This document shows, piece by piece, positions 1 to 13,616 of a DNA stretch of 64,000 nucleotides. This stretch comes from Kondoa subrosea (lineage: Eukaryota): NCBI GenBank assembly GCA_039545335.1, contig BCIN01000002.1, positions 2,634,678 through 2,698,677 of the forward strand, in the 5' to 3' direction. The first letter of the stretch is position 1; each line of letters starts with the position of its first letter. The notes under the pieces are model-generated. The model was not told the DNA's origin. It saw only the letters and a program-made list of their open reading frames with translations, and did not search any database. The position numbers and the translations under genes were made by a program.

Positions 1-2904
1 CGACTGTCATAGATTTTGTTGACTGCTGAATTGAGAGCTGCTTGCGGTTCGACTGCTTGTGGCACAACGAGTTTGGGCGGTTCGACTAAACATAGTATCA
101 ATATTTGATCAGCGTAGAAGACTTCGTAGCACTGACCAATTGTCTCTTGACGAAGAGAAGGTGCAGGTGCGCGTCGAAGCTGTGAGCAGGATATTTATTA
201 ATCACCCAATGTAGAGTGCTCGATCCAGAACTTACATCAAGAGCACCTTGTTGAAATGGCCGATCCGTACTTTTCATCAAGGCCACGGCAGCAATATCCA
301 TAGGATTCGTTTCTTCCGCTTTAGCCAAAGGTGTTCTAACCCCATCCCTGCCCAACTTCTCCCACACATATGGACCACGGTTCAATGGTGGCAAAGAAGG
401 TGTTGGACGAGGTTTAACTTTCGATGAAGCAGGTCGAGATTCTCTACTACTTGGTCGAGATGATCTAGCTTTAGCATTGACTTCCCTTTCGAGCGATAAG
501 CGATCAGAATAAGCTGCTAGTTGTTCAGCTAGAGACAGTTTTGATTCCGACTTGTTTGCGTCATAGGTAAGAAGTTGCTGTTCTGCTTCTCGAACCATGG
601 AATGTGCCAATGAAGGGGAAATTTCAGGGAAAGCTTTTCTAGGTGAAGCCGGTGGATCTCGAACTGACGGCGAAGAAACGTTGACTGAGGTTGCTGATGT
701 AGAGTAAGCGGAAGATGAAGGATAATTGTACTGAGAGCCAGAAAAGGAGGAAGACGATTGAGGAGAAGTAGAAGCGCCCGAATCGACTGTTGTGTGTGAG
801 CTGAGAACCAGATGTCGGAGATCAGGTTCTGTACCAGTGGAAGCGCTTCTTTTTGCTCGATTGACAATGGAGCCTGGATCATCTGAACGGAAAGAAGGCG
901 AATGCAGACGATCCGAGGAAGCTGTTGCTGAAGCTAAAGGCGAAGAAGCATTGAGTACGTAGGGCGATAGACCGCCTCTTGATGCAATAGAAGAGTTTGA
1001 GCCTACGCTGTCGTTTCGCATGCGCCCACCACCTGTAGCGTATTGCCGCGATACAGGTTCAAGTGGAACAACATCTTCAGCTTCTGAGCCATTCTGATCT
1101 TCGTCCGCTAGCGTAAGATTGGTATCGGTCGATGGTACATAGGAGATAGGTTCAGGTAGAGACAAGTCGTTGGGTTGAGGTGAAGCGGAAGGACTTATCG
1201 TCAAACCGACTGGGCTTTTGGGGCCTGGCAGCGAGCCTGAACTTCCAGGTCTGGAATTCGTTCTGTTGGAGAAGCGGCGGAAGCGGGAAGAAGCCATTAG
1301 TTCTGGACTTTGCAATTCTGGTAGATCATCATCTGCATCAACCGCTTCCTCATCTACATCTTTATCAACCCCAGAAATATGTGGATTCGATAGTTGAGAA
1401 GCTTGTCTGGGTCGATAGAGATGGGTCGCGCTACTCTGGCGAGAATTGGATTGCATCGCTGAAGCCGATCTTGGAGTTCGATCACCATCTGGGGTTCGTA
1501 TGGATAGAGTGTCGAAAGAAGATTGACGAGGAGGAGCAGTCGAGGGCAGCTCAGGAGAATGTTCGGGCGAATCGACAGGTGAAGTCAGACTGCTTTGGCT
1601 TTGCCAGGCGCCATCGTCGCTTGCATGTCTTCTGCGCAATTCTGGCGCTTCAGTGGGGCTGAGCTCGCCAGAGTCTTGTCGTGTCATACTCCCACTTCGG
1701 CCACGCAAGAAAGAGACTAGACTACTTCGACTGCTGTTCATGGATTTGAGTCGCTTGCTCTGATCTGCATTGAAGGCATTTGAAGTAGAGTCTGCAAGAT
1801 TAAGAGGTGGCGGCCGATTTGCTGACATGCCAAGAGCTTGTTTGATGGCTGCTCGAGGATGAGCAGCCTTTTCGAAAACAGACGGCAAACTAGGGCGACG
1901 TTTGTCTGAAAGGTGAAGGGACGAGAAGTTGGGTTGATGAGTTAATGCGGAATAGGTCACTGCAGGACCAGAATTTTGACGAGACATCTCGGCTGCAGAT
2001 TTGGGCATTGAGGTCATTGACAAGAATGAAGCTCGAGAAGAGTTCGCGGAAGCAAATGCTGCGGCCAAGTTTGGATTTGACGAAGCTCTTGACATGTTTG
2101 TGAAAGACGATTGAGGTAGTAAGCCTTCAGAAGATCGTCTCGGTCGAAGAAATCTGTTCCGACTTGTGTTTGCAATTGACTGCTTGATGGATGTGAAGGA
2201 CGGAGAAGATATCATTCGCGGTGAGGTGGATCCAGAAGCAGATCCAGGAGGTGGCAGATTACTTGCCAGCGGATCCTCCGCTTCTCCTTCTTCAACAGCT
2301 GACATGGCGTATGCGACTCCGGTCGGATCCCAATTCCGCAAGGCTTCGATCACGTCCTCGTGTCCATGCTCGATTGCCACGTCTTCAGGTGTCATCCCTC
2401 GCTTTTCAGTCAGATCAGGTCTCGCTCCACAAGCTAGCAACAATTCCACCACTCCAGAGTGACCATTTGCAGCCGCGAAATGTAATGGAGTTGATCCGGA
2501 TGTACCCACACTAAGACCTGGAAGCTTCTTATCGTTTGTGAAGCGTCTGGGCAGCCTAACGTTGTATGACCGATCAGGATTTGATAAGCTTCGTACAAAC
2601 GCATGCTGACCTGGGTGCATTGACATCTGCACCGTTCTCTATGAGCATTCTGACGATAGCCTCATTGCCATTACTGCAAGCCGCATGCAGAGGGCTGATG
2701 CCTGGAGGAAGGGAGTGATGAGAGCGGCACAATGGGTCGAGCTGTTTACCACGAACCTTGCAACACACTGTTCGCAGGCTGGCCATTCGAGAGAGCATAC
2801 TTGACCAGACCCAGATTTCCATTGCTGCAAGCTGAATGCAACGACAGTTGAGGGTATTCAGAATTCAAGCCATAAATCTCTTCGATTTTCTTTGCGCTGG
2901 GCAT
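1..2904 (-). CDS. Ankyrin-repeat protein with long Ser-rich disordered C-terminus (3' end runs off the window)
   Basis: Spliced start MPSAKKIEEIYG..LHSACSNGN, then SPLHAACSNGN and TPLHFAAANGH ankyrin motifs; 844-aa main ORF; frame stays open to position 1 after two introns. Confidence 0.85.
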
Positions 2905-3450
2905 GCTTCTCTCATCCCTTGAGCCTCTGTAGCATTCTGTGTTGAGGCAGTAGTCTGAACAAGGTGCTCTGATGACCGAGTTAAATAAGTTCCAGACTTG
3001 GTTGCTTTACAAGCCCTCTCGAAATTTGATGTCTCTCGCGCGTGGTGCGCAAACTTTCTGTGATTATACAAGAACGTGTGCTGTCACAGTATAGCCACTA
3101 GACATCACGCCTTCATAGCCCCGTGCTCTTATCATGTTTTGTAGATCCCTCACAAGTTCGTGGACCGGGGTAGCGATGAACCTTAAGTCGAAGTCTTTGC
3201 GCGGCGCTCTAATTAATCTTACACATATACGTATCGCCACGAAGTGCATAGTCTTTCGTTGTCTTCCGCACATAAGTCCGCAAATAGGCCCGAACTTCTG
3301 CTACCTTGCTGGGGCAGCAGTACTATGAGCACCTACCTCATGGGCTCGGCTAGAATAGTCAATGACGAGACGGACTTGTGCCAGAAACTTTGGCAAGTGG
3401 GCACGCATGCGTGTTTAGAAGCAGATCTACAGGACGGAATGGGTGCAAGC

Positions 3451-4676
3451 CTATTTCATGCTCTTCGATTGCTGTTCTCTAGCCACAAGAAGAGCTTGCA
3501 AAGCTTCCAGATATTCATCGTGCGCGTCGGGTCCCAAAGCTTGCACAGCAAGAGCGAGTTCGGCTTTCCCATATTCCCATAATCAGACCTTGTTGGAGCC
3601 AATGGTGGGAAGCGCTTACAGACATACACCTGAATCGTAATGTCCTTCAGCGCAGACACATAATATAGCTGAATTAAAGAAACTTACCTTGTTCTCGCCC
3701 GATGGTCCTTTACTAAGCCACTGCTCAAATTTCAGCTCGAACGAGAAGTAAGGAACAGAGCATGCTCACAATATGATCTGCTAACGCTTCTAGAGAAGTA
3801 GGTGGTCCTACAAAGCTTTCATTTGATGAGTGACCGACATAGACCTATTTAGCAAATTAGTAAGACTAAATGATGTGCGCGCGCATATCCACCTTGGCCT
3901 GTGATATATGCACAAATTGTTCAGCTACGAGCCAACGATACCACAAGCTGACTAACGTCTTTCTGCACCAGCAGCTCGTTGCCTGATTCTGGATCTCGCC
4001 CGAACACATCGACGACCGTCAACGTGTAGCCATCTTTTTCTCGACTATACTTCTATCAGCAATATCGCATGGATTGAAAGAAAAGACAGACTAGTCAAGG
4101 TAGTCCTTCACTTCTCTTAATAAATTAGCATGGCCGTACCAGATAAACTCGAGATAACTCACTGAGCATAACGTGGATCTATTGTGTACACTACTCCGTA
4201 GCATTCCTTGAAAGGATATGGGTCGTCCTTTCCTGCTGATCAACTTTGGCTCATAATGACACTCTAAGACAGGCTGACCGGAGCTAATGCTTTCCACTCT
4301 GATTCCGGTATCAGAGTAACGACTCGTCCTTAATTGCGTATGAGCATCGAGCAGAATGAGAAGCACTTAAATTACCTGGATTTTCTGGTGTCCCTCTATG
4401 ATCATTTGAAGATTGGGCGAAACGTCTTGTGTAACCCTGTAATTCACAGATCAGATGTGCGAATAAAGGACCATCTTGGTGTTGCTCACTTTGATATAGC
4501 CTACAAGCGCTTGCTATTCACTCAAAACTCAATACAGAATCAACGAGCTCACCTGCTCTCCGCTCAGTCGAATGCGGTGGTCCCTAGAAGAAGCCAGTCA
4601 GCTACCAACGTTCTGTCAGACACTGAGGGATATCTACCTTCCATATCAAGCTACCGTAGCCGAAGATATAGTCCAT
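3451..4676 (-). CDS. chaC: ChaC-family glutathione-specific gamma-glutamylcyclotransferase (about 12 introns)
   Basis: Manual splicing gives MDYIFGYGSLIWK..GYTRRFAQSSNDHRGTPENPGRVVTL..YLDYREKDGY..KGPSGENK, all ChaC motifs. Confidence 0.9.
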
Positions 4677-5223
4677 CTCGCAAGAATCAACAGACTGATA
4701 TGGGATCTGGAGAGTAGGAGAGCAGTCTGGCTGGGTCCAAAGTGCTTGATCGAAGAGAGGGTTCGCAAGTCTTTCAAGTGTCGATGGGCTTATCATTGGT
4801 TGAAGAGTAAAAGCGAATGCGTTTTCAACTTTCGCGAGCAGAATTCAACAATCTCAAAGAGATGTCAGAATCTGCATTCCTGGTTGCGAATGAGCCGATC
4901 TCAAACCAGGCAGGAGCCGCTATCAAGATTCCGCTAGTGCTTGAAAATACGTGTTGATTACTAAGCAGCTTCTCGAACTCCAGTGACTGTAATTTGCTCT
5001 ACCGCTTGCTGGCTACTTGACAGGTTCAAACATAGAGTTTGTAGTCTGTGCATACTTCTATGCCAGGTTAGCTTACACGAGGCACGAGGGCAATTGCACT
5101 GACTACTGGCGTCAACAGCCTGAGTTGCTTAACCAATTGATCGTGTGGGCAGCTCGTATTATTGCTTCATGCATAGAAGACTCCCACAGCAGGTCGATAC
5201 GATGTAGCTGCGAAACAAGTCAA

Positions 5224-8200
5224 TCAAAACAGCATTGCGCATAAAATCGGCTTACGAGCAGGATAGCATTTTATTGGTATTGAGCACTCAATGACTTCCG
5301 ACTTAGCAGGCATCAGCACAACTGATCCTTGTACTTCTTTTGGCGCTTGTTGATTCCAACCCATAGTACTGATTGGCGAACCAGGATTTGAAGAACCTCT
5401 TTGATGCATCTGAGGCGATCCGTTTGCCAATGCCTCCTCACCCGATTGGAATAGAACAGGTCTGAAAGCTAGATCAGGGACACCTCGGTAAGAGGTTTGG
5501 AGATCTGAAGATTCGGCAACAATAGGCATGACATGACTCGGACCGGTTTGTACAGGAATTGGATCAGAGATAGGATTAGCGTCAGTACCGAAAGCGAAGG
5601 ATTTGCTTCGGTTGTGACTGCTTGCTGCCGAGATTGCGCCTAATTCGGAAGATCTTCTTACATGAGCAAGTCTAGAAGCAGGTGCTACAGGAATAGATTC
5701 GACAGGCGGAGGAGGCGGTAAGACAAGAAAAGAAAGTCGTATGCTCCATTGCAGCTTGACTGTTTAGAATAAGCATATGCAAGAATTGGTCTGAAAGCCG
5801 ACTGACCTCCGCTTGTTGCGAAATCTGGCGTAGCGCCACTCGGTATACTCAAGGCAAATGTCATTCTATGCGAGTCCAGCGTCACTTCATGATGTTCTGA
5901 GTGCAGACGTCGGGTTGCCAATCTCACTTGTCGAGCCTTGCGGACTGATATCGATGTTTCTATCTGTTCATGTGTTTCAAGTCGCGCTGATACCTATCTG
6001 AAGTGTCAGTATTGTCTCTTGTAGCGAAGTCAATGTATAATATACCTTAAGGACCCTAGCGTCGCTCAGATTGAGTGCAATCGCGCCTATGATTGTCTCG
6101 CCCAGTCTAAAGATAGACTTGGTCAATGTGAGACTTGCGACAAGGTAACCATCCTTGTTGATATCGAAAGAAGCTTTTGGGGCTGTCTTGGAGATAGTTT
6201 CGATCGCTGCTTTGCATCCCATGATTTCGTTGTCCAGACCAGCATTAACTGTAGGTAGTGTGACTGACATGGAATGACGATGTTGCATTTCATGTCTTGC
6301 AGCTGGACCTATACTGAAGGAGGTCGTGCGAGGTGTGGAAGGAGGAGTAAGAACAGGCTGTTGAAACCCTGATGAAGGCACAGGGGATTTGCCAATAACA
6401 GGGGAAGAGAAGACAGCGTCCAGTAGACTAGATGCATAAGCCTCGAAACCAGCCAGTCCAATCGCTGAGAAAGACATTAGCAGTTTAGCACATAACGAAG
6501 TCGAAGCATACCCGAAGCTTGTAAAGGCGCTATTTCAAGCTTTTCGTCGTCCACCTCAGCTGTGATAGCCTCATCACGAAGCCATACAATGGGATTTGTA
6601 AGATCGTAGAAGGGCCTGGCTCCCGATTCTGTCAATTCGATCAGGCTAAGTCTGAAAAGAGCTGCCAAAGAAATCACCTGCTACGTTGTTACATATCCTT
6701 ATCGGTACACGTAGGAGTCTACTACGTTGCTGTGTTTCGCCCAGAGCTTTAGAAGGTGCTCGATTTGTACCGACCAGCAAAGTATAGTTAAACTTGATAG
6801 CTCTGCCTCGGAAAGACGGTGGCAGATCACCAGGTAGAGTGAGAGTGTATGAGACTATATTGGCCCTTTAAGCTTCATCTGGTCTTTCCGAAATATACGC
6901 ACAAGTCTTGCTTTCACCTGGAGCCAGGACCAGATCTACAGCCAGAACAGAAGGAGGCATAGATAGAATAGGAATATTTCGTTCGCTCATAGCTCGATCT
7001 CGTCGATCTTCCAGACTTCCTTTGTTGATATTTGCATTTGGGTTGGCGGATAGGACACCAGTAGTGGCTTGATTTTGTACGGGCGTATCGTTCAAGATAT
7101 CATCGTCTCCGCTCCATAGCCAACCCATCCAACCTGATCTCCCTTCAGCTCCAGGTTCTGTTGGTTCTAGACTTCCGCCGCCAACAATACCTGTTTTCCG
7201 GCCTTGTTGTTTCTGTGCACGAGAGGCAGCTTCCCCGAACAAGGATTGTTTGACAGCTAAGAATTCTGCCGGCTTAACAAGCGTTTCATCGACTTCGAAA
7301 TTGCCTTGCAATTGAGCAAAAGTCCATAGTAGTGTTTGGGCGCCATGAAGCGGAAAGCGAGGGTCCCATGAAGGATCCGAATGAGGTATGTTGAGAGAAG
7401 GGAAACGCGGGACAGTAGTTGAAGAAGGTTGTAAAGAGGCAAGCGAAGTATTGGAAGCTACTGACATCGATCTTCGTAATGGTGGTGCAGGCCGTCGGCG
7501 TTTAGACGTATAATCCGTCAAGGAGTCTCGCAAGATCGAATCCATTGATTCGTTCCGCCCTTGGTTGTAAAAGTCTACGCTCGAAGCCGTTTCTCCTTCC
7601 ACCGATTCACTTTCGGCCAGTGAGGCGTTTGATGCTACACTGTCTGTTTGTAGATATAGAGGAGATCGACCATGTTCCGGACTTTCTGGTGAGATTGAGT
7701 GATGCCTCCTGGGACTAGGTCGACCATTAGCCAAAGCTTTATCTTCTTCAATCATCGGCGGTATTGAAGCTTTTCCACTCGTTGACCGACCACTATTAAT
7801 CCTATTTGCTTCGACAGAATATTTCGGCTGCTGCTGTTGCTGAAGATATGTCAGAGCAGCTTGTTGAGATGCCGCATCAAAAAGATCAGGACTCGATGCA
7901 TTGTAATCCAAAGCTACACTGTATTGATTCTTCTTGTGGAGTGCAGGACCTCTTGGTCTATCGTATAAGCCCTTGCGGATATCTGAAGATAGCTCCAACG
8001 AGGTTCTTCGCGAAGGAGCTCTTGAGTTCGATTCAAGCTGCTTTCCTATCAAGCCTTGACGGGTAGGTAGATGGATTGCTGGTGAAGCAGATGTAGCATT
8101 TGACCCAAAGGTCGCTGTTTGAGGAGTCTTGAGCGTGTGCTTGCTGTACAGAGGTGAAGAAGGACTAGGCAGAGGAAGACTATTTGTTGGCGAGCTAAGC

Positions 8201-8379
8201 GATAATGCAGATCTATGACCTTGCTTCAGTCCATTGAGAGGGTGCTGTAGAGACGCTTGACGAGATGACCCAGCTTCTGGAGCTTGCAAATTGCGGAAAG
8301 TGATATGACAGGTAAACGATTCTCCAGCAAAATACGAAGCCTCTAGAGGCTTCACAGTGACCTCTAGGTTATTATCCAT
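5224..8379 (-). CDS. RGP1: Rgp1 (Ric1-Rgp1 GEF subunit for Ypt6/Rab6)
   Basis: YFAGESFTCHITFRN start, LLWTFAQLQGNFEVD, LAVDLVLAPGESKT, LPPSFRG, FRLGETI, IPSGATPDFATSG, ECSIPIKCYP end. Confidence 0.85.
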
Positions 8380-8754
8380 ACTTCGAAGGGGATGGTATCA
8401 AAGTTTGGGTATCATGCTGACACGGCTGTTCATAACATGATAGATTGAGTCCGCGCAGCGAGAATTACACATGCAGCACGTCCTAGTCACGTCCTAGTAC
8501 AACACTTCATACATTGCTTCTCATTAACCGGGTACAGCGCGCTTTCCTCTCCTGCTGCTGCAAAGTTTGATCGCGTTACACCTCACGCGTCCGAGCTTGA
8601 GCATCATAAGATCATGATCTTCACTTTGCTTGTTCTGAGGACTTGACATTAGCAAAGAGCTGTTTCGAGAGCAATGAGCTAGGTTTCTGCAACGCATCCG
8701 AAAGTTACCTTGAACAAACCAACTTCTGTTCGATCCATTAATACCTGCATATTG

Positions 8755-10111
8755 TCATAGTAATATCTCAATCCATGGTCTGCTTCCTTTGCTGATCATC
8801 ATGTGCCAAAGTCTCTGTTTAGCTCGAGCTTTCCAATCTTCTTCTTCTGACCGATTGCTACCTATTCTTCCTTCTGAAGACAACATTGCACTTCTAGCTT
8901 CTTCGACCGTTCTCGTTGGTCTACTGCTTCCAGTCTTCTGACTCTTGTAAGCTTCTTCTTCGATAATCCCATTGTTTCTCAATGCCAATTTGGAAAGAGA
9001 TCGCCAACGACTTTGCCAATCGACCTGAAAGAGTTCTTGACTTCCAATCCATTGATTGTAAGATAGATTCAATTGTTGCAAGTTTGGTGTAGCAGAGGAT
9101 AATCGAACCAGGGATGGACCGGCAGAGATGGATATTATAGGAGCGATATTGGCGAGTTGTAGAATCTGCAAATTCCGACAGCTTGATAGGACGGTGAAGA
9201 TTATGGTGTCGAGTTGGAGGTTGATCATACCGGATAGAGATAGGGATTGAAGATGGGGAAATTTCGGCTCGAGTGAATTTAGTAACGATTTTGGAGAAGA
9301 AGTCGAGAATGAAGGTCGACAAAGTAGTTCACGAATAACTCTTGTCCGGATCGTGGAGAAAGAGAAGTCGATAGCTGTTATTGGTTCTTGTTCTTCCCTC
9401 TTGAACGATTCTTCCCATTCCTCTCCCTCTGCGCTATCGTCATCTTCCGTTTGATTTTGCATTATGTCTGATAGTAGAGCTTGAGCAGACCGTTCTTTTA
9501 TTGGAGCTAAAACAGCAGACACAGTCATCAGACGCTCCTTCATATGTGTTGGCAAGAATCGCATGTAATCCAACAAAGCTTGATCTTCTTCGATGACAGT
9601 ATGAGCAGGTACAGAAAAGAGCAGTTGACATACAGCAGCAAGGCAAGAATCGGAAAGCGAAAGAGGAGCGGAAAGGGCTACTGAAAAGAGGGAGTTAAGT
9701 GTGGCTAATCTGCTCTGAGCAAGTTCGTGAGATATAGAGCACGCTGTTGCTGTTTCAGATAGTCTTCGACGGACACTTGCGCTGTCCCAAGCCATCGGCA
9801 AAGGTCCAGCGACTGATTGCAGCAGGGTTGCTCTTGCCGAAGCTCTTTGCATTCTCAGCTGAGATTGCTCGTAGGCATCTGCACCAGGTAGAGCAGTCAA
9901 TTTTGCTCTTTCTTGTTCAGCTAAGCGACTTCGGCTGGGTAGATCAAGCTATCGATCGACAGGGAAATGATCAGGAAGGGGAGGCAGAAGTTAAGGACAT
10001 TTAGCTTACTGAACCAGCAGCGCCTTGATTGAAGTCTTCCCTAGCTGCCTGGAGCCGCATACGTCCCAATTTCTCCTTGACACTTTCTGTCATCAGAGAA
10101 TTCTCTCTCAT
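8755..10111 (-). CDS. Hypothetical protein with C-terminal leucine-rich-repeat-like region (1 intron)
   Basis: 381-aa ORF with LQSLSLSG, LQILQLAN, LQQLNLSYN, LSKLALRNN LRR-like units; upstream exon joins in frame via a GTAAGC..AG intron; start codon uncertain. Confidence 0.65.
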
Positions 10112-10314
10112 CTTCCTCAATCCGAGTCTTATTGTTTCCACCGTCACTTCATTGGGCAGAGAGGTTCCGCGGCATGCGTGCTGAAGGCCCGCTATCCACA
10201 GTGGCTGAGTTGAACCAAGCTGCGTTTCGCCGCGAGTTCCAGGTTGCCTTCGAACCGTGATCTAGTCGAATATCAGTAACTTCTAAACCCTGCGTTACAG
10301 CGCACAGTGTAAAA

Positions 10315-11485
10315 ATGAGCGAAGAGGCGTCTCAGCTGTTGCAAGACTTTGTGTTCTCATTGGACAATCTGCCTTCGGAAGTTCAACACATTCTCGCTGA
10401 AATTGCGCACAAGGAACATCGTTTTCAAGAGCATCGCAGCAGAATCAGTCAAAGGGATGCTTCAGTACAGAAACATCACAAGTCTTCTTCACTCTTAGTT
10501 GAAAATCCGAAAGAGGCTAGTCATGTTAGCAAGTGTCGAACAGACTTTGGTAGAGCTGCTTTGTTGGCGGATGAGAAGGTTGAATTGGCTGAAAGGGGTG
10601 TAAGATTGTTGACCAAGCATTTGGCAAGATTAATTCAAGAGTTGGGTAAATTGCAAGGCATTCCTCAACCTTCAATCAGTTCGGAATTTGGTATTCCTTC
10701 TCATACATTATCTGCTGTTCCTCCTCAAGTGGCGTATGATGCTCAATCTAGAGGTTCCCAGAGTATGCCTAACCTGTCAATGTCCCCATAAGCATTCGCT
10801 TACATTGATTCTGTAGAACGCAAAAACTTGGCGATCGATACAACAGGTCATCACTCTCGACCTGCTTCACCATCACCTTACGCAGTACCAGCAGCCCCAG
10901 CTCAACTTCAATCTCCAGCCTATTCCGCCGCAGCAGTACCGGATTCAGCTCGTTCTCATCGACCATCTCGACTATCTGCGCAAGCCTACGCCGCTCCATC
11001 TCCATCTACTTCTGCTCGAGCCCCTTCTCCCCAAGTACCAGCTAACAAGAGACAAAGGACTGGATTGCGAACGGCTGTTGCTGCTCCTGTTGCTGATGAA
11101 GAAGATGCTGAAGGTGAAGAGGATGCAGAGGGTGAAATTGCGAGCAGTGAAATGGGTGAGACCAACAATGGTGATGATACTTTGTATTGTATTTGTCAAA
11201 AGGTGTCTTATGGAGAGGTGAGTTGGAATATCGTGACCTAGATAATGTTGAGCGGAAACTGATGCGATAAATTGCTCAGATGGTCGGATGCGATAATCCA
11301 GCATGTGTCAACGAGGTCTGTCTATGCTCTATCAGAGCCTTGAACCAGGCTGATTCTGTTGCTTACAGTGGTTTCATCTTCCTTGCGTTGGACTCAAAGA
11401 AGCGCCTAAGGATAGCTGGTTCTGTCCTGATTGTGCTAGTGCTTTGCAAAAGGCTGGACTGGGTGCTAGGCGTAAGCGAGGTTGA
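10315..11485 (+). CDS. YNG2: ING-family PHD-finger protein (Yng2/ING3-like NuA4 subunit)
   Basis: N-terminal SLDNLPSEVQHILAEI ING domain; spliced PHD [36 protein letters not shown]. Confidence 0.88.
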
Positions 11486-11664
11486 TCAAAGTCTTAGTAG
11501 ATGGATTTGGTCGACAGGAAGACAGTCACGATCGGATCGCAGGGCAATTAGGACGCAAAGCAAGAGACATGGGACATATTCATACTATTCATTTTTTGTA
11601 CTTTATTCAGACAATGTATTCATATTATCAGTTATCAGACATTCGTATTGCTTGAAGTCAGCCT

Positions 11665-12869
11665 TCAAGGAATAGCAGTTCCAGCACTACGGAAGTCAAG
11701 ACGCATAGATATGAGCAAATGGAGGGTGCTGTTGAAGAGACTCACCGAGTAGCTTGAGCTGCTAAACTCTGTGCCTCGTTTCTGAGATAGCGACCGTAGA
11801 TTTCAGTATAGTGCTCTTTGTCTGACGTAATAGCTCTAAGGAAATATCAGAGTTGCAGCTAACTTAAGTTACCATGCAATGAATGGTCTTACTTGACAGA
11901 ATCCATCTCCAGTACATGCTTGACCCAGGCTTTGCAGTAAATTATGAGACACAGTGATCCGAAAGCAGGAGATTATCGACTAACCCTCAAACTGTTCTCC
12001 AACCTGTTTAGTTTCGAAATTTCTGTTTTCTTCGATAATGTATAATCTTGTTACCCAAGGAATGAGAGCGATATCAGCCAATGTCAACTGGTTGCCCATA
12101 TAGAAGGGTCCATTGTTCTTCTTGAGACCATCTTGGAAACCGCGAAGACCTTTGTAAAGATCTGATGCGGAGGCTATCAATTTTCGAGCAATATACGACA
12201 ACATGAACACATTCTACCTTCACGTGCAGAGTCTTGCTTGTCCTGTTCCTGAGCTTGCAGCAAACGGAAGAAGCCTGGAATAATGCTTTTCGAGATGTTA
12301 TCGATAGCCAACCTGACTCTAGCACGTTGAACAGGATCTTTTGGCATCAGAGGCTTAGTATCGGGATAGGCTTCTTCCAGAAAGTCGCAAATAACCAAAG
12401 ATTCGGGAATTGCTTCGCCTAACGTAAATTTAGCAAACAGGACTCCTGACACTGGAAGATACCGCTCACCTTTATACTTGAGAGCTGGCACTAGACCTTT
12501 AGGTGAGATCTCGAGGAATTCAGGCTCCTTGTGGTAAGGATTAACTGTCCAATGCATGTCAATCTCTTCTTCTTCAAATGCTATTGGCAATGGACTGACC
12601 TTCTTTGTATTGGTAGGGGATACCCTTCTCGATCAAAGCGAGCCATGAGCGGGCAACGAATGGACAGAACTGGATGCAAGGTTATCAACCCGCATCTAAA
12701 TGTTCCTCCAACTAACCCAGCCCGAGTAGAAGACCAGGTCTTGAGGCTCGGAAGCTGCTTCGACAGTCTTGGCAGCTGCTCCAGTTGCGACAGGGTGGAT
12801 TTGAGCGCTGTTATTTATGAGCCAGTTGTTTGGTGAGACTGGCGCTCGAGCTCACTCGGGCAAAGGCAT
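11665..12869 (-). CDS. Glutathione S-transferase (omega-like, CPF motif)
   Basis: Spliced MPLPDAQIHP..FYSGWFCPFVAR..EVNPYHKEPEFLEISPKGLVPAL..ESLVICDFLEEAYP..GPFYMGNQLTLADIALIPW. Confidence 0.9.
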
Positions 12870-13616
12870 AACAGCAAGATTGAGATCTGCGGTACGGATC
12901 GTCAGAGATGATCGAAAGCAAAGGAATGAGTTATCAAGAGGTCATTAGTCACGGCCGATCTTGATGTGACCTAATCCTCGACATGAATGACATAACAAAG
13001 CTGACTAAAGCGAATACTGAAATGCGAAACAGCTCTTCTGCATAGTCATGTGTGAAGAGATGGAAAGGACACAGACGGTGGATGCCCTTGCATGCAAGAG
13101 TGATGCGAGAGGATGCTCTGTCATCAACCGCGAGGAAAGCCACAGAATGGCACGGACACAGAATGTTCAAAGCGCTGCGACTTACGCTGATTAAATGGAC
13201 TTAGCAACAGAAGTCCAACAGTTTTCGGTGCCTCCGGACAACCTTCAAGCGAGAGAAATAGACTGTTCGGAATTACGGTGTCAACTTGAAGCTCTCTCGT
13301 ACAATGCAGCGGTGGAGTCAAGTCGTACTCTATTCATCGGCAATCTGTACTGCAAATTCAGAAGCAGCCAGCAATTTGTTTTGTGCTTTGAACGGCATAT
13401 CTGTCTTGTCGAGCGCCTACAAGATCATCTCTAGCCTCTTCATCTGTTACTGAGACTCCTGTGCATTGATGCTATGGATCGGGCCGCCTGTTTCAACACT
13501 CGCTGGAAGCACAGCTACGATCAAAGCGCTTGATTGCTCTGCATGCTCCTCGAACTACTCTTCCCGCTCGTTTCGCCTTTGTCTTCTTCTTCTATTTCGC
13601 CGTCTTCTCCTTAGCT

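Noticed and set aside
8477..8498. Tandem duplication CACGTCCTAGT x2 upstream of RGP1
   Set aside because: Too short to assign a function
12887..13185. TPP riboswitch in the long UTR intron
   Set aside because: No CTGAGA or other TPP aptamer core; the host gene is not thiamine-related
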